In this document: piece after piece, positions 1 to 12,742 of the stretch
How positions within the stretch are numbered: the stretch's first letter is position 1
How the letters are laid out: each line of letters opens with the position of its first letter
NCBI RefSeq assembly: GCF_963921235.1
Contig: NC_086108.1
Location: 34,226,001-34,290,000, forward strand
DNA from: Mobula hypostoma
Lineage: Eukaryota
DNA length: 64,000 nt
Direction of reading: 5' to 3'
Notes under the pieces: generated by a model
What the model was told of the DNA's origin: nothing
Databases searched by the model: none
Seen by the model: only the letters and a program-made list of their open reading frames with translations
Made by a program: the position numbers and the translations under genes

Positions 1-1199
1 CCCAACATTTTTAAACTGCGGACCGGTTTAATATTGACAATATCCTTGCGGACCGGCCGACGGAAGGGAGGGGGTGTAGGGTTGCCAACGGACAAGAGTA
101 GCAGTCAAATACGTTGTGTTTACCCGGAGAAAAACTACAACGACCATGAAGCCTTGCATGGGCACCAGTGAACATGCGTAACTTGCGCATACATGTACGT
201 GCTGATTTTTTTCCACAAATCGTTTTTGGCGATTCTGTTCGGGGGGGAGGGGAGTGTTAACCATGACTGGAATACAGGTAGTAAGTGGCTAATACACTCA
301 ATTTTGTTTCTAAAAGGGTTTATCTAATGAATTTAATATTAAACACACAGCGCATATTTTCCTGGCATGAGTATACTGATAAGTCAATTATCAGGGGAGG
401 ACAGGGAAGCTTGAAGTAAGTGTTGAACAAACTTCCAGTAGAAGTGGTACAGGCAGGTTCGATATTATCATTTAGAGAAAAATTGGACAGTTCTATGGAC
501 AGGAAAGGAATGGAAGGTTACGGCTGAGTGCAGGTCAGTGGGACTAGGTGAGAGTAGCGTTCGGCACGGACTAGAAGGGCAGAGATGGCCTGTTTCCATG
601 CTGTAATTGTTATATGGCTATGTAAGTCACATATAAGTCAATAACATCATAACATTTTAAGTAACGTTTGGATATTAAACACACAGCACATATTTTCCCT
701 GTATGAACATATAAAATCATTGCAACACACCAATATTACTGAATCAGTGGGAGCCCTGGGTTTGTCTCCTTGCAACAAGACGGTGCCATCGAGGGGTGAT
801 GAGAGACAGTGATACTCGAAGGGGGTCCTTATGTCCAGTCTATTCCACAATTTAGTTTTCGTTGCATTCATTGCAGAGATACGTTGGAAATGGAAGCAAC
901 GTTTTCAGTGCTTTCATGGCTATGTCTGGATATTCATCCTTGACTTTGATCCAGAATGCCGGCAGAGATGTTATGTGAAACATACTTTTCAGCCCGCTGT
1001 CATTTGCAAGCTCGAGGAGTTGATCTTCTTCCCGTGCTGACATGTATGACGCGCGGGTAATGACCTCGCATGCGCTAAAGTTCAACAGTGGCTGTGACAG
1101 GGAGTGAGGAAAGATGCAGCTGACTCATACCGCCAAATCATATCGTTTCCTCGCGGCCCGGTGGCACATGCGTTGCGGCCCGGTGGTTGGGGACGGCTG
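1..1199 (-). mobile_element. Non-autonomous hAT (Charlie/Buster-like) DNA transposon, copy 1, left end cut by the window edge
   Basis: Starts inside the left TIR (cccaac) and ends ggttggggacggctg. Minus-strand ORF 852-1085 resembles a hAT C-terminal dimerisation domain (EDQLLELAND...FWIKVKDEYPDIAMKALKTLLPFPTYLC). Colinear with 24920-26128. Confidence 0.9.
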
Positions 1200-3602
1200 C
1201 TGTATGTAACTGTATTGACTGTGTTTTGCGCCTTGACCCCATATGAATAATGCTGCATTTAACTGCATACACGTGTATAGTTGAGTAGCAATTAAACTTG
1301 GATTTATTACTTGTCACGTCAAAAGAAGCCTGGTGGGTCTGTGCTATCAATGGAGGGTGCAACTGAAATAGAATGAGGTTTGGTGCAAGCTTACTATTAA
1401 TAGTTCCTATTAACCATCTGCTCTCTGCCTCTCTGATGTGGCTATCATCATCAAGAGCTTCAGAGGCCTTTGTATCAAAATCTTGGAACAGTCATTCAGG
1501 CACCTCAAATGATCAGGAAATAAATTATTGAAAATACTCTCCCCATCTCCAATCCCATCACCATTTTTATTGAGCAAAATGATGAAACACTGAAATAGCC
1601 AGCTTCATTCACAATTTAACAACTATTGTCTCCAATGAACAGAATTCCAATTCCCAGTAGTTAATTTAATCACTAAGAAAGTTAACACAAGACAGCATTT
1701 TGATGTATATTTTTCAGACTTGCTACAGAAACTTGTTACTACCTTGACAAGAAATTCAAATTTGGCCTGTTGCACCAAATGTCCTGTTAACTAATACAGC
1801 AAATTGTGCGCAGAGGTTCTCTTCTATTGTGGAACCTGGGACTAACCACTCCCTGTCCTAGATCCCACTAAGAAAACCACCCAATGAGTTGCATAGTTAG
1901 CAATTATCAGACATAGAAGCTACTCAAAAGAACAGGCTGTCAGAAGCAGTGACCTCAACAGGCACGGTTTGCAAATATCGTGATCCTTGCTTTTTCCAGG
2001 GCCTATTGGTTTGTTCTTTATCCATCTCCTGAAAACTCCGCTTACAAATATTTCGCAGTCCTCCAAGTGTGGTTCCATCCTTATCTGAAATCTTAATTTG
2101 ATAAACCTGTACAATGAGCACATAGCTGAAATTATTTCCACTGACTTCATTTATTCACATTGAAGTACTTTAACCATACTTGCAGTAATCCCTTTAGTTT
2201 TTCCACAGCAATCTATAACCTGCTGCATTCCTGATTTCTGCATACAACATCACACCAATACAAATTCAGAAAGTTCATTTCACAGTGTGGATCTAAGTTT
2301 TTTATATGATTCATGATTTGTAGCTACCATTATATACAACTCTAAGCCTAACACTACTCGGTGCAGGGTTTTGTTATAGTGACAAGATACAATGCAGGAA
2401 TATTTCCATTAATTACTACTCACTGACCTCTTCATGATCCAAAACTGCTCAATATCTTGCTGGACCTTTCAGTCACAGGTTGAGCATCTTGAAATGAAAC
2501 AAAAAAGATCAAACTAGCTATTAGCATTGACAAGCTGTTTTTCCTAGATAAATAAAGATGGCTTTGAAGCATTGAGAGTGGAATGCTCAGTATGTCTTCT
2601 GCTTTCAGTGATAGTGTAATATACCCAAGATTATCTTTGTACATGGAAATAAAGGATATCTACCATGGGTAATTAAATAGTAACATTGGTATAACAAACA
2701 TAGGGAGAAGATTGCATTAACAAGGGAAGGAAAGATAGCAATTAGTGAATCTTATGCTTCAAAGAGATTAGAAGTAGTTATGTCTGAAGAGTATTGCATG
2801 GAAATGCCTTTAGAGTAAACAATTACATCTGTTTACTTGAATGGACGGTCTTCAAAGAATCAAGGATTTGTACATTATACATTTGTAACATTAGGTTGCA
2901 TTTTTGGTGCAGGCAAAAAGAGCAAGTTTTTAGCATAACCAGTAAATAAGCATAGCAACTGAAGAAGTTAGAATCTAGATAATCTAATCACTGATAAATA
3001 CTATGAGTAAAGCCTAAAGGATAAGCTCCACCAAACATTGTGTGTTTATTTGCCGTGTACTATTAAGGATATCATAAGCATGTCCGCAGGCAAATATCTT
3101 GTTGATCCATCCCTGCCCTTCGTCTACCCACTCCTGTATTTAGCCAGTTAACTGTGGAGAACATAGTTCATTCACCCAAAGTGACCCAGACTCCCATAGT
3201 GAGGCACAGGCTGCAAAGTCTCCAATGATCCAATAAGAAAAAACCTGTCATAAAATGCTTGAAAGCTTTTAACAGTCAAAAATGCCACTTTTTCAATGTT
3301 GTTAACCATTAAGGCATAATGGAATTTTCAAAAATTAGGAAAGAGCTAAATAACACTTAAAATTATATAAATCTTTTAAAAGTAAATTACCTAAAATAAT
3401 TAACTTACTGATAAATAATATATTAATCTGATTAGAAATAATTTAACAGAAAAAGAAATTACCTTTCCCTACCACTATGAAATCAGTAGATATTGGAATC
3501 TGCATCAGGACCTCTCACTCAGGCTACAAGAGGAAACTGCAAAATGGAATTCCAATGTTGGACCCCTGGTAGGCCCATGATAGGGCATATTGATAGGTGC
3601 AG

Positions 3603-6600
3603 TGTCATGGTCCGGTCCGTGAAGTCCGCATTCCAGTTCACGGTCCGGTCCATCAATCTGTATTCTAGGTTTACCGGTTTCCCTTGTCCTGTTGTGTGCC
3701 TTCATTGTGGCACATGATTCTGATTTTGGGTGGCTACATAAATAGCTCCTTAGTTCAACTTCAGTTGCTGGATGCCTCAGGGGAGTGTAGGTTCCAACTT
3801 TATTCTCCATTTTGATAAATGATATATTCGTAAATATTCCAACGGGAGTGGGGAGGTCATTGTTTGCAGATGACAGGGCTTTGGGGAAAAGAGGGAGAAA
3901 TATTGAACATATAGTTATGAAAATGCAAGATGGAATTAATCAAGTTGAAGAGTGGGGGACAAAGTGGGGTGTTAAATTTTCAGTGGAGAAGACAAAAGCC
4001 GTGTTCTTTACAAGGAAAAAGTTCAGGGGACTTAATTTGAATCTGTATGGAAGTAACTTGGAGAGAGTTGAAAGTTTTTGGTTTTTGGGAGTGCACTTTG
4101 ACTTGAGATTAACATGGAGAGAACATGTTAGATATGTAGTTACTAAATGTAAAAATGTGATAAATGTCATGAGGTGCCTTGCTGGATTGGAATGGGGTGC
4201 TGATTTTGCATCACTGAAGTATACTTATGTAGCATTAATAAAATCAAGATTAGACTATGGAAATATTGTATACGGGTCAGCAGCAAAATCTGTGTTAGCA
4301 GAACTGGATATCGTGCAAGCTCGGGCTCTAAGGGTGTGCTTGGGAGCGGTTAGAACTTCCCCAGTGTGTGCACTCCAAGTTGAAGCAAATGAAATGCCAT
4401 TGGGGCTGCGGCGTAAACAGCTGGAGGCCAATTACTGGATTAATTTAAGGGGGAATGGTGATAGCCATCCTACAAAAAGGGTGTTGCAGACATGCTGGGA
4501 GAAGGCGAGGACACAAAAAAGAATGTTTTGGCTGGACAGCAGAGCAAACAGCAAAAGATATGGGTGTATACGATAAAAAGTTTTGTCCAAGTGTGGTGTG
4601 GCCTGTCAGACCTTTCTGGGTATTGGAAAATCCCTCTGTAGATTTGGAATTGCTTAAGATTAAACACAATAATAAGACAGCTGATATACTCAGTGAATAT
4701 CATAGTTATAAAGAATGTAAATATAAAGGCATACAGATTTTTTCAGAAACAGGTGCAACAGGGTCTGCAATTGTTGTGCCAAGTTATCAAGTGGAAATTA
4801 GCAAGAGAACACCCGATTGCTTGAGTGTATATGCAGTTGAAATGTTTGCCATATTGTTAGCACTAGAATGGAGTGAGCAGGTTGATTATAATAATATTGT
4901 GATACGCAGCGATTCTGTGTCGACCCTTGCAAGCATTAAGGCGGGTACAGCTAGAGGTAACCAGGATCTGCTTTATGAAATCCTGTTTGCAAATTCAAGA
5001 CTGGCTAGACAAGGGAAAAATATCATATTTATGTGGGTTCCAGCACATTCCGGTATTATGGGAAATGAGACAGCAGATAAGCTGGCAAAAACAGCAGTCA
5101 AAAAAGGATCTATAGAGGTCACTATTAAACTATCAAAATCAGAGGGGAAGAGCATAGTGTGGAGAAGGATAAATCAACAGTGGCAGCAGCATTGGGATAG
5201 AGCAATAAAAGGAAGACATTTACATTCAATTCAGAACAGAGTAGATATGGGAAGAAGTAGGGGAGTAAAGCAGAAGGAGCAAGTAATTATAAGTAGACTG
5301 AGAACTGGACACAGCAACCTTAGTGGCACTCTGGCCATCATAAATAAACATCCAACAGGTTTTTGCAATCTATGTCAGGAGACTAAAACAGTAGAGCATA
5401 TCCTTATTTCATGCAAGAAATTTGCACAGGAAAGGCAACAAATGTTACAACAATTACGCAAAATAGGACTGGTAGAGAACAGTGTTAAAGGTTTATTGGA
5501 ATGTGGGGAGAGTGATCGGGGAGGAAATGGTTGTTTAGTTTTTTAAGGGCGACGGGACTGGAAAGACGGCTTTAACGTGAATGGACAATGAAGGACAATA
5601 AATCCTGAAGATGGCAGTAATGCAACAGTGTGGATGCCAACTGCCATAAAAACTCAAGGAAGAAGAAGAACTTCAGTTGCTGGATTGTTCCTGTCCAAAC
5701 CCCCTGTCTGAATGCCTTCTCTGCCTCTTCCTACTGAAGTCTTGCCCTGCAACCAGTGTCTGGAGCACTTGCCTCACCTGGAGCCTTGCCTCGCCTGGAG
5801 CCTTGCCTCACCTGGAGCACTTGCCTCACCTGGAGCCTTGCCTCGCCTGTAACCCTCACCTGCAACACTGTCAAGTTCAACCGCCGGAGCAAGATAAGAA
5901 ACTGTCTATTGTTGTTTTGAACTGTCTCTGTGTCCACGCCTTCACTAGGTAGGTCTGGCTGTTTGCTGCTACCTAGTGTTGGGAACTGTCTCTCTGTTCT
6001 CACCTTCACTCAGTAGGTCTGGCCATTTGCCGCTACCTAGTGTTGGGAACCATCTCTGTATCCACGCCTTTGCTAGGTAGGTCCGACTGTTTGCCGCTAC
6101 CTAGGGTTGGGAAATATCTTGTCGTGTTCAGCATTCTGCGTATGAGTCCCGGCCCTACTTCCTGTTCCCAAGGAGGGGTCCTAGCTCTGTCTCTCCCTCG
6201 ACCAAAGCTCTGCATTCCTGTCCCTCCCTCGACCAAGGCTCTGCATTCTGAGGTTTCTGTTTCCCAAGACCACGTCATGTCTTCGCCTAGTTCTGGAGTC
6301 CGAGCCCGAGTCAAGACCCAGGTTCTGGGTCCTTGTCCAGTCTCTGGCTCAGAGTCCAAACTCAAGCCTTGTCATGCCCTCGCCACAAGGAACCCAAGCC
6401 TCATCATGTCCTTACTTCAAGGAACCCAAGCCATGTCCAGTCTTGTAGCCACCTCATGTCCTCGCCTAGATCCGGGGTCCGAGTCCAAGTCAAAACCCAG
6501 GTTTCGGGTCCTTGTCCAGTCTCTGGCTCGGAGTCCTTGTCCAGGTTCCAAGGTCCTAGTTCCTCATCCAGGTCCCGCTTTCCTAGCCAAGGTCCTAGCC

Positions 6601-6702
6601 CAAGTCTCTGTTCTTGTCCCCGCTCTCTAGTCAAGTCCTGTTCCTAGTACTTCAGTGTCTGTGTCTTGCATTTGGGTCTGCCACCAATGCCCCATTATGA
6701 CA
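3603..6702 (+). mobile_element. Solo LTR (Gypsy-like) with 5-bp TSD, interrupted by a LINE
   Basis: Termini TGTCATG...TATGACA. Perfect TSD TGCAG at 3598-3602 and 6703-6707. TATA-like CATAAATA at 3737-3744. Internal short tandem repeats. Homologous to 32286-35716. Confidence 0.88.
3774..5668 (+). mobile_element. 5'-truncated Nimb/I-group non-LTR retrotransposon (RT C-terminal part, RNase H, Cys/His knuckle)
   Basis: Begins at the RT PQGS motif. ORFs 3812-4576 (LFADD) and 4455-5546 (RNase H motifs SDS and WVPAHSGIMGNETADKLAK; CNLC...H...C) overlap, with a frameshift near 4520. (GAA)n tail. 17-bp TSD AACTTCAGTTGCTGGAT at 3757-3773 and 5669-5685. Confidence 0.9.
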
Positions 6703-6739
6703 TGCAGATGTTGTTTCACATTGGACAACTCATGTTGAA

Positions 6740-7170
6740 GGTCGGCATCTTTTAATTCCTGGCTGTTAACATATCAGATGAATCCGCCTGCTCCCAGCAC
6801 ATGGATGAAACCACGACCAAAGTGTGCCAGGGTCTTTTCTTTATTTGGAAGTTAAGGGGGTCTAGCACATCACTGAACACTATAATAAACATCTACAGAT
6901 GCTGAAAGTATCTCGACTGGTTGCATCATGGCCGAGTACAGCAATATAAGAAGCTGCACAGAGTCGTAGTCTAAGTCCAATACATCTCTGGCACATTCCC
7001 CTAGACCATCAGTAATATTTACCTGAGGTGCTACCTCAAGGAGGCAACATCTGTCATCACAAACTCCCACACTTCGGGTCATGCTCTCTTTTCTCAGCTA
7101 CCATTTGGCAGGAGGTACAGAAGCCTGAAGTCCCACACCGCCAGGTTCAAGAACAGCTACATCTCTTCAG
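6740..7170 (+). mobile_element. Degraded Rex1/Babar-type LINE fragment (ORF2 C-terminus)
   Basis: Similar to 61140-61941 and 35717-36050 (gaaagtatctcgactggttgcatcatggcc...ccaggttcaagaacagctac). Confidence 0.7.
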
Positions 7171-7875
7171 TAACGAGTTCTTCAGGCTTGTGCGTGGTGC
7201 TGAAGGCATTGGGCTCTGAGGTTTATAGAACACCAGAATTGACTAATTGTTGTTTAACATTTAGAGTTCCTTGTGTTTTTTCCAGCAATTCACTCTTTCT
7301 AATGTGGTCTTCTGGTGCCTTCTGTTTAAGCTTGTTTAGTTTATTTTGCTAGGCTCAGGGATTCCATGTTATTTCTATTATTTAAGTGGACACCTCATTA
7401 GCACTAATTGTGGGGTCCTACTTTTGAGAGAGTCACTCCGCCAAGCCAGTGATGTTCTTTTGGAATTATTAAGAATAAACTCTGGTCACCATCTCTACAT
7501 CAGAGTCTGTCTCTCCTTCACACTGGGGTTGCAATATTGTCAGCACACATCGTGACATCTTCAATCATTCAGTTCTTGAACAAACCAAATCTGCTCAGCT
7601 CAACGGTGGAAGCAGATCCTGTAGTGCTGTTTAAAAAGCTTTCAGATAGACAGATGAATACAGAGGGAGTGCAAGGATCTGGATCATGTACAGACACAAG
7701 AGAATCAGAGACTTGGTATTGTTTTTGGCACAGTTATTTGGGCTTGCTTCTGTCCTATGTTCTGCAACATTGATTGGAGTCCAAGTCCCAATGCAAAGTG
7801 TTGCACTGGGATTTTAGAAACACATCAGAAGGTTCTTGTGCCAAATTAAGAAGTGTTCATTTTGGAATCATTTGA

Positions 7876-8425
7876 TGTAGTGGCAACTGTATTAGGTACA
7901 TCTGGATACCCAATTGTTGATACAATGATCTTTCAGCCAATCATGTGGCTGCAACTCAATGCATAAAAGTATGTAGACGTGGTCCAGAAGTTCAGTTGTT
8001 CAGACCAAACATCAGAAGGGGGAAGAAATGTGATCTAAGTGACTTTGACTGTGGAATGTTGTTGGTGCCAGACGGGGTGGTTTGAGTTTCTCAGAAATTG
8101 CTGAACTCCTGGATTTTCACACACAACAGCCTCGAGCATTTACAGAGAATGGTATGAAAAACAAGAACTCATCCAGTGAGCAGATATGGGTGAAAATATC
8201 TTGTTAATGAGAGAGGTCAGAGAAGTTTGGCCAGACTAGTTCAAGCCATCTGGAAGGCGACTGTAACTAATATAATCATGCATTACAACAGTGGTGCATG
8301 AGGGCATCTCTGGACTCATAACACGTCGAATCTTGAAGTGGATGGGCTACAGCAGCAGAAGACCATGAACACACACTTACCTTATTAGGTACAGGTGATA
8401 TCTCAAAAAAGTGGCCCCTGAGTTT
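7876..8425. mobile_element. Tc1/mariner-derived non-autonomous element
   Basis: Degenerate TIR-like ends (gtggcaactgtattaggtaca ... aaagtggcccctgagt). Transposase N-terminal-like remnant (aaatgtgatctaagtgactttgactgtggaatg). Confidence 0.6.
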
Positions 8426-8845
8426 ATGTTCTTATTAAAATCACAGAGTATTTGATGTGGACTGACCTCTTGCAGTTGTTACTGTCATGCATTCAGAAGT
8501 GAAGGTAGTAGGAGCCTGTTACAAGTACATAAAACAAAGGTGAATTCCACATAATCATCTGTAGTATGAGAGCTGCTATTTTAATTGCCTCATCACCATG
8601 ACAACCATAATGGAAGCAAGCACAATGAATGGATAATCACTGAAGCACTTAAGGTAGCTACAGTGAGACACGTGATTAAGATTCTAATGCAGAATGAGTG
8701 AAGAAGTGAATGCGCAGATAAATGTGAGAAAATTCAACAAATGACAGCTATTTCAGGACCTATTAGTGAGCACGTGCTGCATCAATTGACAGAATATGCC
8801 ATCCCTTCACGACTTTAAAATAAAGGAAATCACTGAGCCACTTAC

Positions 8846-8861
8846 GTCTGATTTCAGTCAT
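8846..8861 (-). other. Candidate short first coding exon (MTEIR, phase-1 donor)
   Basis: Minus strand reads cagccATGACTGAAATCAGAC|gtaagt: good Kozak context and consensus donor in unique sequence. No homology recognised. Confidence 0.25.
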
Positions 8862-9397
8862 GGCTGAGGAGGCAGCCCTCTTGTTTCTTGTACAGGAACC
8901 ACTCCAGGCACCTGAGTGTGCAATATCCTTTCAGTGCTGCTTTGGGAAGCTGCTTTACTTAGCTTCGTGAAGTGTGCCCTGTCCTACCATCTCATGCTGC
9001 TATTCAAAGGGAGATGGGGAATACTCCCACTGCCTGTTTCAACTTCCCTCCCTCTGCCATTGAACTGCTCCTTCATCTTTACATACGTCAGAGCTGATCA
9101 ACTCTAAAATGGTTTAGTATAAGGCTAGTTCCATGACACCACTGGAGAAGTCATGGAATTCTGAAAATGGCATTGTGTGGTCCACACACAGACATAGAGG
9201 TCCAAAGGGCCTGTTTCTGGTTTATGTTCTAAGGCATACATAAAATCCACGTGGATTAATGAAGCAGGCAGCACTGCTTTTACCGTCTTTGTTCACATCA
9301 AGGATGACCCTCCTTTGAAGTATAGGGCCCATGGAGTAATTAACCTTTTTCAGTAGCTCATCCCTTCGAAGCTCCATGCGACTCTTCTGCAACAGAA

Positions 9398-9703
9398 GAG
9401 CACCATGGTAGCGTGGCAGTCATCACAGAGCTGCTACAGCTCAGGACGTTGGAGTTCAGAGTTCAGTTCCAGCGTCACCTGGAAAGAATACGTACATTCT
9501 CCCCGTGACTGTGTAGGTTTGCTCCGGGGTTTCCGATTTCCTCCCACAGTCCAAAGACGTACTGGTTAGTGGGTTGATTGATCATTGTTTATTGTCCTGT
9601 GATTTGGCTAGTGTTAATTAGACGGGTTGCTGGGAGCATGGCTCATTGGGCCAAAAACGCCTGTTTTGCATTGTATCTCTGAATAAATAAGTAAACAATA
9701 AAC
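9398..9703 (+). mobile_element. tRNA-derived V-SINE (HE1-like)
   Basis: A/B-box-like head, V-domain (ttctccccgtgactgtgtaggtttgctccgggg...cctcccacagtccaaagacg), LINE-like tail ending tgtatctctgaataaataa. Confidence 0.75.
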
Positions 9704-9900
9704 AAAGTTGCATATGATTTCTCCTTACTTCGATCCGGAGGTCCTTACTACATATGGTGTGTCATCATGTTCAATCCCTCCTTTATACCATGCATCATAT
9801 TAAGGGCACTGTGAGCTTTGGAGCAAATCCAAAAAACAGTCTTGATTATCACCGTCATCATTTTCATCCCCACATCCCATACACACTGATAGGCTAATTG

Positions 9901-9970
9901 TAAAGTTCTGTGCAAAAGTCGTTAGTACATATAGATGGTTAGGGTGCCTAAGACTTTTGCACAATACTGT
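9901..9970. mobile_element. ~70-bp Tc1-like MITE
   Basis: Imperfect inverted ends ctgtgcaaaagtc / gacttttgcacaatactg with TA flanks. A related half-end lies near 10297-10317. Confidence 0.5.
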
Positions 9971-11242
9971 AGGACTGCTGCCACAAAAAAAAAACATCAT
10001 GACATGTGAGTGATGATAAACCTGATTCTGACGAGTCTCTACCGGGACTGCGAGTGGGAAAGTGGCAGGGAGAGGGAAATCATGGCTGCAAAAAGGAAAA
10101 AGGAAAGCAGAGGCAGTGGGAAGCACCAAAAGGACATACTGAAATGATCAAAAAAACAATTTTCAGCAAATGACCTTTCCTGATGTCTCAGGGCTGGGCG
10201 TGTCTTTACTGGTGCAAGTCCCACTCTGGCATTCCTTCTCTGCCACCTGTCCCACACCTGCTCCACCCTCACCATATATATATACACACACACCAAAGAC
10301 TTTTGCACAGTACTGTATTCTCACTGCTTCTTCATTGCCTTGAATAAATTGAAGCATAAGTAACTTCCATGATTCTGAGGAATCTTTTCCATTGCTTGGT
10401 TCATGAAGAGTTTGTGTTCAACAAGCGGATGGTTACTGCCCTGGAACTTTAACTCTGACTCTCCTTCCACAGATGCCATGTGACTTACTGAACATTTCTA
10501 GAATTTTTTTCAATGCAATGCATGTGTTTCAGTACTTTTTAATGCTGGTTAAAAGGTATAATAAATAAAAACCTATTGAATATTATAATAACATTTATAT
10601 TTGGCTGATCCCACCTATTTCTGCTGCACCTCCATTGCCCAGGCAGTTTGCATTTCTTGTATATTTGAAATGGAAAAATTGCAGGAATAAGTGATGAATA
10701 AGAAGTATGTGCTGTCACTGTGTGTGGCTGGAAATGATAAATGAACGATGGATGTTTACAACAATCTGGTGTTTTCATAGTTAACATTACTGAGACCATC
10801 CGCACCACAAGAGGTTCAATGACGTTATTCCAGTGTTCAAATGCAGTAACACACCCACTCCCAACTCCACCATCAGACATTACTCTACATAGCACACTGC
10901 TGACATCTCCTTCATTCAGGGCCCATACCAACCTTTCGCACAAATTTCCACGCCATACGCAAAAAGAACCCTCATACTCTGGGACACAGTATGTATGTAC
11001 AATGTGAATTATTCTGACCAAAATAGTCTCCAAGATTCAATCCTTCACCTCCAATACTGACTTTCTCAGTGAGGCTGTCAGATGTGGGGCAGTGAAAGAA
11101 TGCAAGTCGGCATCGCTCCTATTACAAATATCTGTACAATAATCAATATATTTTTAATTTCAAAATATCATTCAATTAGTGGTCAGCGGCAGTGGAAAGC
11201 ATTCATTATAGAGAAAGAATGTTGGAAATATTCTTTATAATA

Positions 11243-11440
11243 CAAAGTTCAATGTTCAAAGTAAATTTATTATCAAAGTACATATATGTCACCGTATACA
11301 ACCTTGAGATTGCTTTTCTTGTAGGTGTTCACAGTAGAACAAAAAAATACAATAGAATCAATGAAAAGCTACGCACCAACAGAGACTGACAAACAACCAA
11401 TGTGCAAAGGAAGAAAACCTGAGCAAATACAAAAAAAAAA
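11243..11440 (-). mobile_element. Rex1/Babar-type 3' tail fragment
   Basis: ttcaaagtaaatttattatcaaagtacatatatgtcaccgtatacaaccttgagat is the reverse complement of the tail at 61880-61941. Confidence 0.65.
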
Positions 11441-12527
11441 TCTGCATGATGTTCTCCACTGAATGTTGTTCAGCTTTTGCTATTAGGGCGGTCCTCATCA
11501 ACTAAGTCAACAACCTTTCATCACCCTCTCGACTTGCTATGTTGGAAGCCAGGAAATGAGTCACGTGCCACAGCTCTGATCTGCCACTGTGGCCAATGTG
11601 TTTAGTGTGGTGAAGTTCAGGTTCAATAGTGACTCTGAATCCTCAGTTGCATGACAAGTCTCAGTAACATTGACCAAGAAAATTCTGGCTTATAAAGAAA
11701 TACCTGGCTCAGGTAAAGAAATCTTCCACCTTACCCAGTCTGTATAACCCCAGGCTCATCCAAGTGCTTAATACTTAGCTGTCTCCTGTGTTCAGTACTT
11801 AAAGATGAGTCAGAAATACCAGTGATATTAATACCCCTCAAACCAATAAGTAAACTAAACAGTATTGAAATCAATGGGCCTTGAGCCTCACCTTGACTAT
11901 CAGAACTAACTGCTCATACTGTGCTTAAAGCAAATATCTGAAAGAGCTGTCAGTTCCCTTTGGATGTAAAACACCTCTCAAACCTTCCAACCACTTCACC
12001 AAGTATGGCATCAGACACCTTGGTAACCAGCTTACCTCTTTGCTGTGATGTTCTTCGATGTGTAGACACAAGAGATGGCAGATGCTGGAGCCTATAGCAA
12101 CACACAAAGCTGGAGGAAGTCAGTGGGCCAGGCAGTATCCATGGAGGGAAACGGAAAGGTTCCAATGAGATCAGGCCAAAGGGATCAGAAGTTACTGAGC
12201 AGATGGCACAAAACCAAAGAATCAGAATAGCTTGAATGATTGTATCTGGAGAAGGTTTATCCCTGTGCTTTAAAGATCCCCTGGAAATACTGCCGAATTA
12301 AGCTTCATCACACTGAGTCACGAGAAATGTACAATATATACACACTAGAATACACACATAGTAACATACAAAATACTCAACTCACAAATCAATAGGCACA
12401 TGTTAACCGCACATTCTGATCCCTGTGATCGCATGCAGTCTCGACCCGCAACGTTGACTGTCCATTTACCCCCATAGGTAATGCTTGACCCTGTCGAGTT
12501 CCTCAAGTACTTCAAGTGCTCAAGTAC

Positions 12528-12742
12528 AGGGCGGCACAGTAGCGTTGTGGTTAGCACAACGTTTTACAGTCCCGGGAACCCAGGTTCGATTCCCACCACG
12601 GCCTATAAGGAGTTTGTGCATTCTCCCCATGACAGTGTGAGTTTCCTCTGGGTGGCTAAGGGTTAAATCAGGGGCTGCTGTGTGACACAGCTCAAAGGGC
12701 TGGAAGGGTCAAATCTGTGCTGTATCTCAATAAATAAATAAA
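12528..12742 (+). mobile_element. tRNA-derived V-SINE (HE1-like), internally deleted
   Basis: Head gggcggcacagtagcgttgtggttagc, B-box ggttcgattcc, V-domain start, tail tgtatctcaataaataaataa. Confidence 0.75.

Noticed and set aside
1920..2520. Minus-strand ORFs and acceptor-like sites
   Set aside because: The exon after the ~2489 acceptor has stops in all frames and no recognisable protein results. A non-coding exon cannot be excluded.
6033..6647. ORFs up to 196 aa on both strands
   Set aside because: They lie in the repetitive LTR interior and show no gag/pol or other domain motifs.
12528..12600. tRNA gene
   Set aside because: The A/B boxes run directly into a V-SINE body and tail; the head at 43349 likewise runs into a SINE body.
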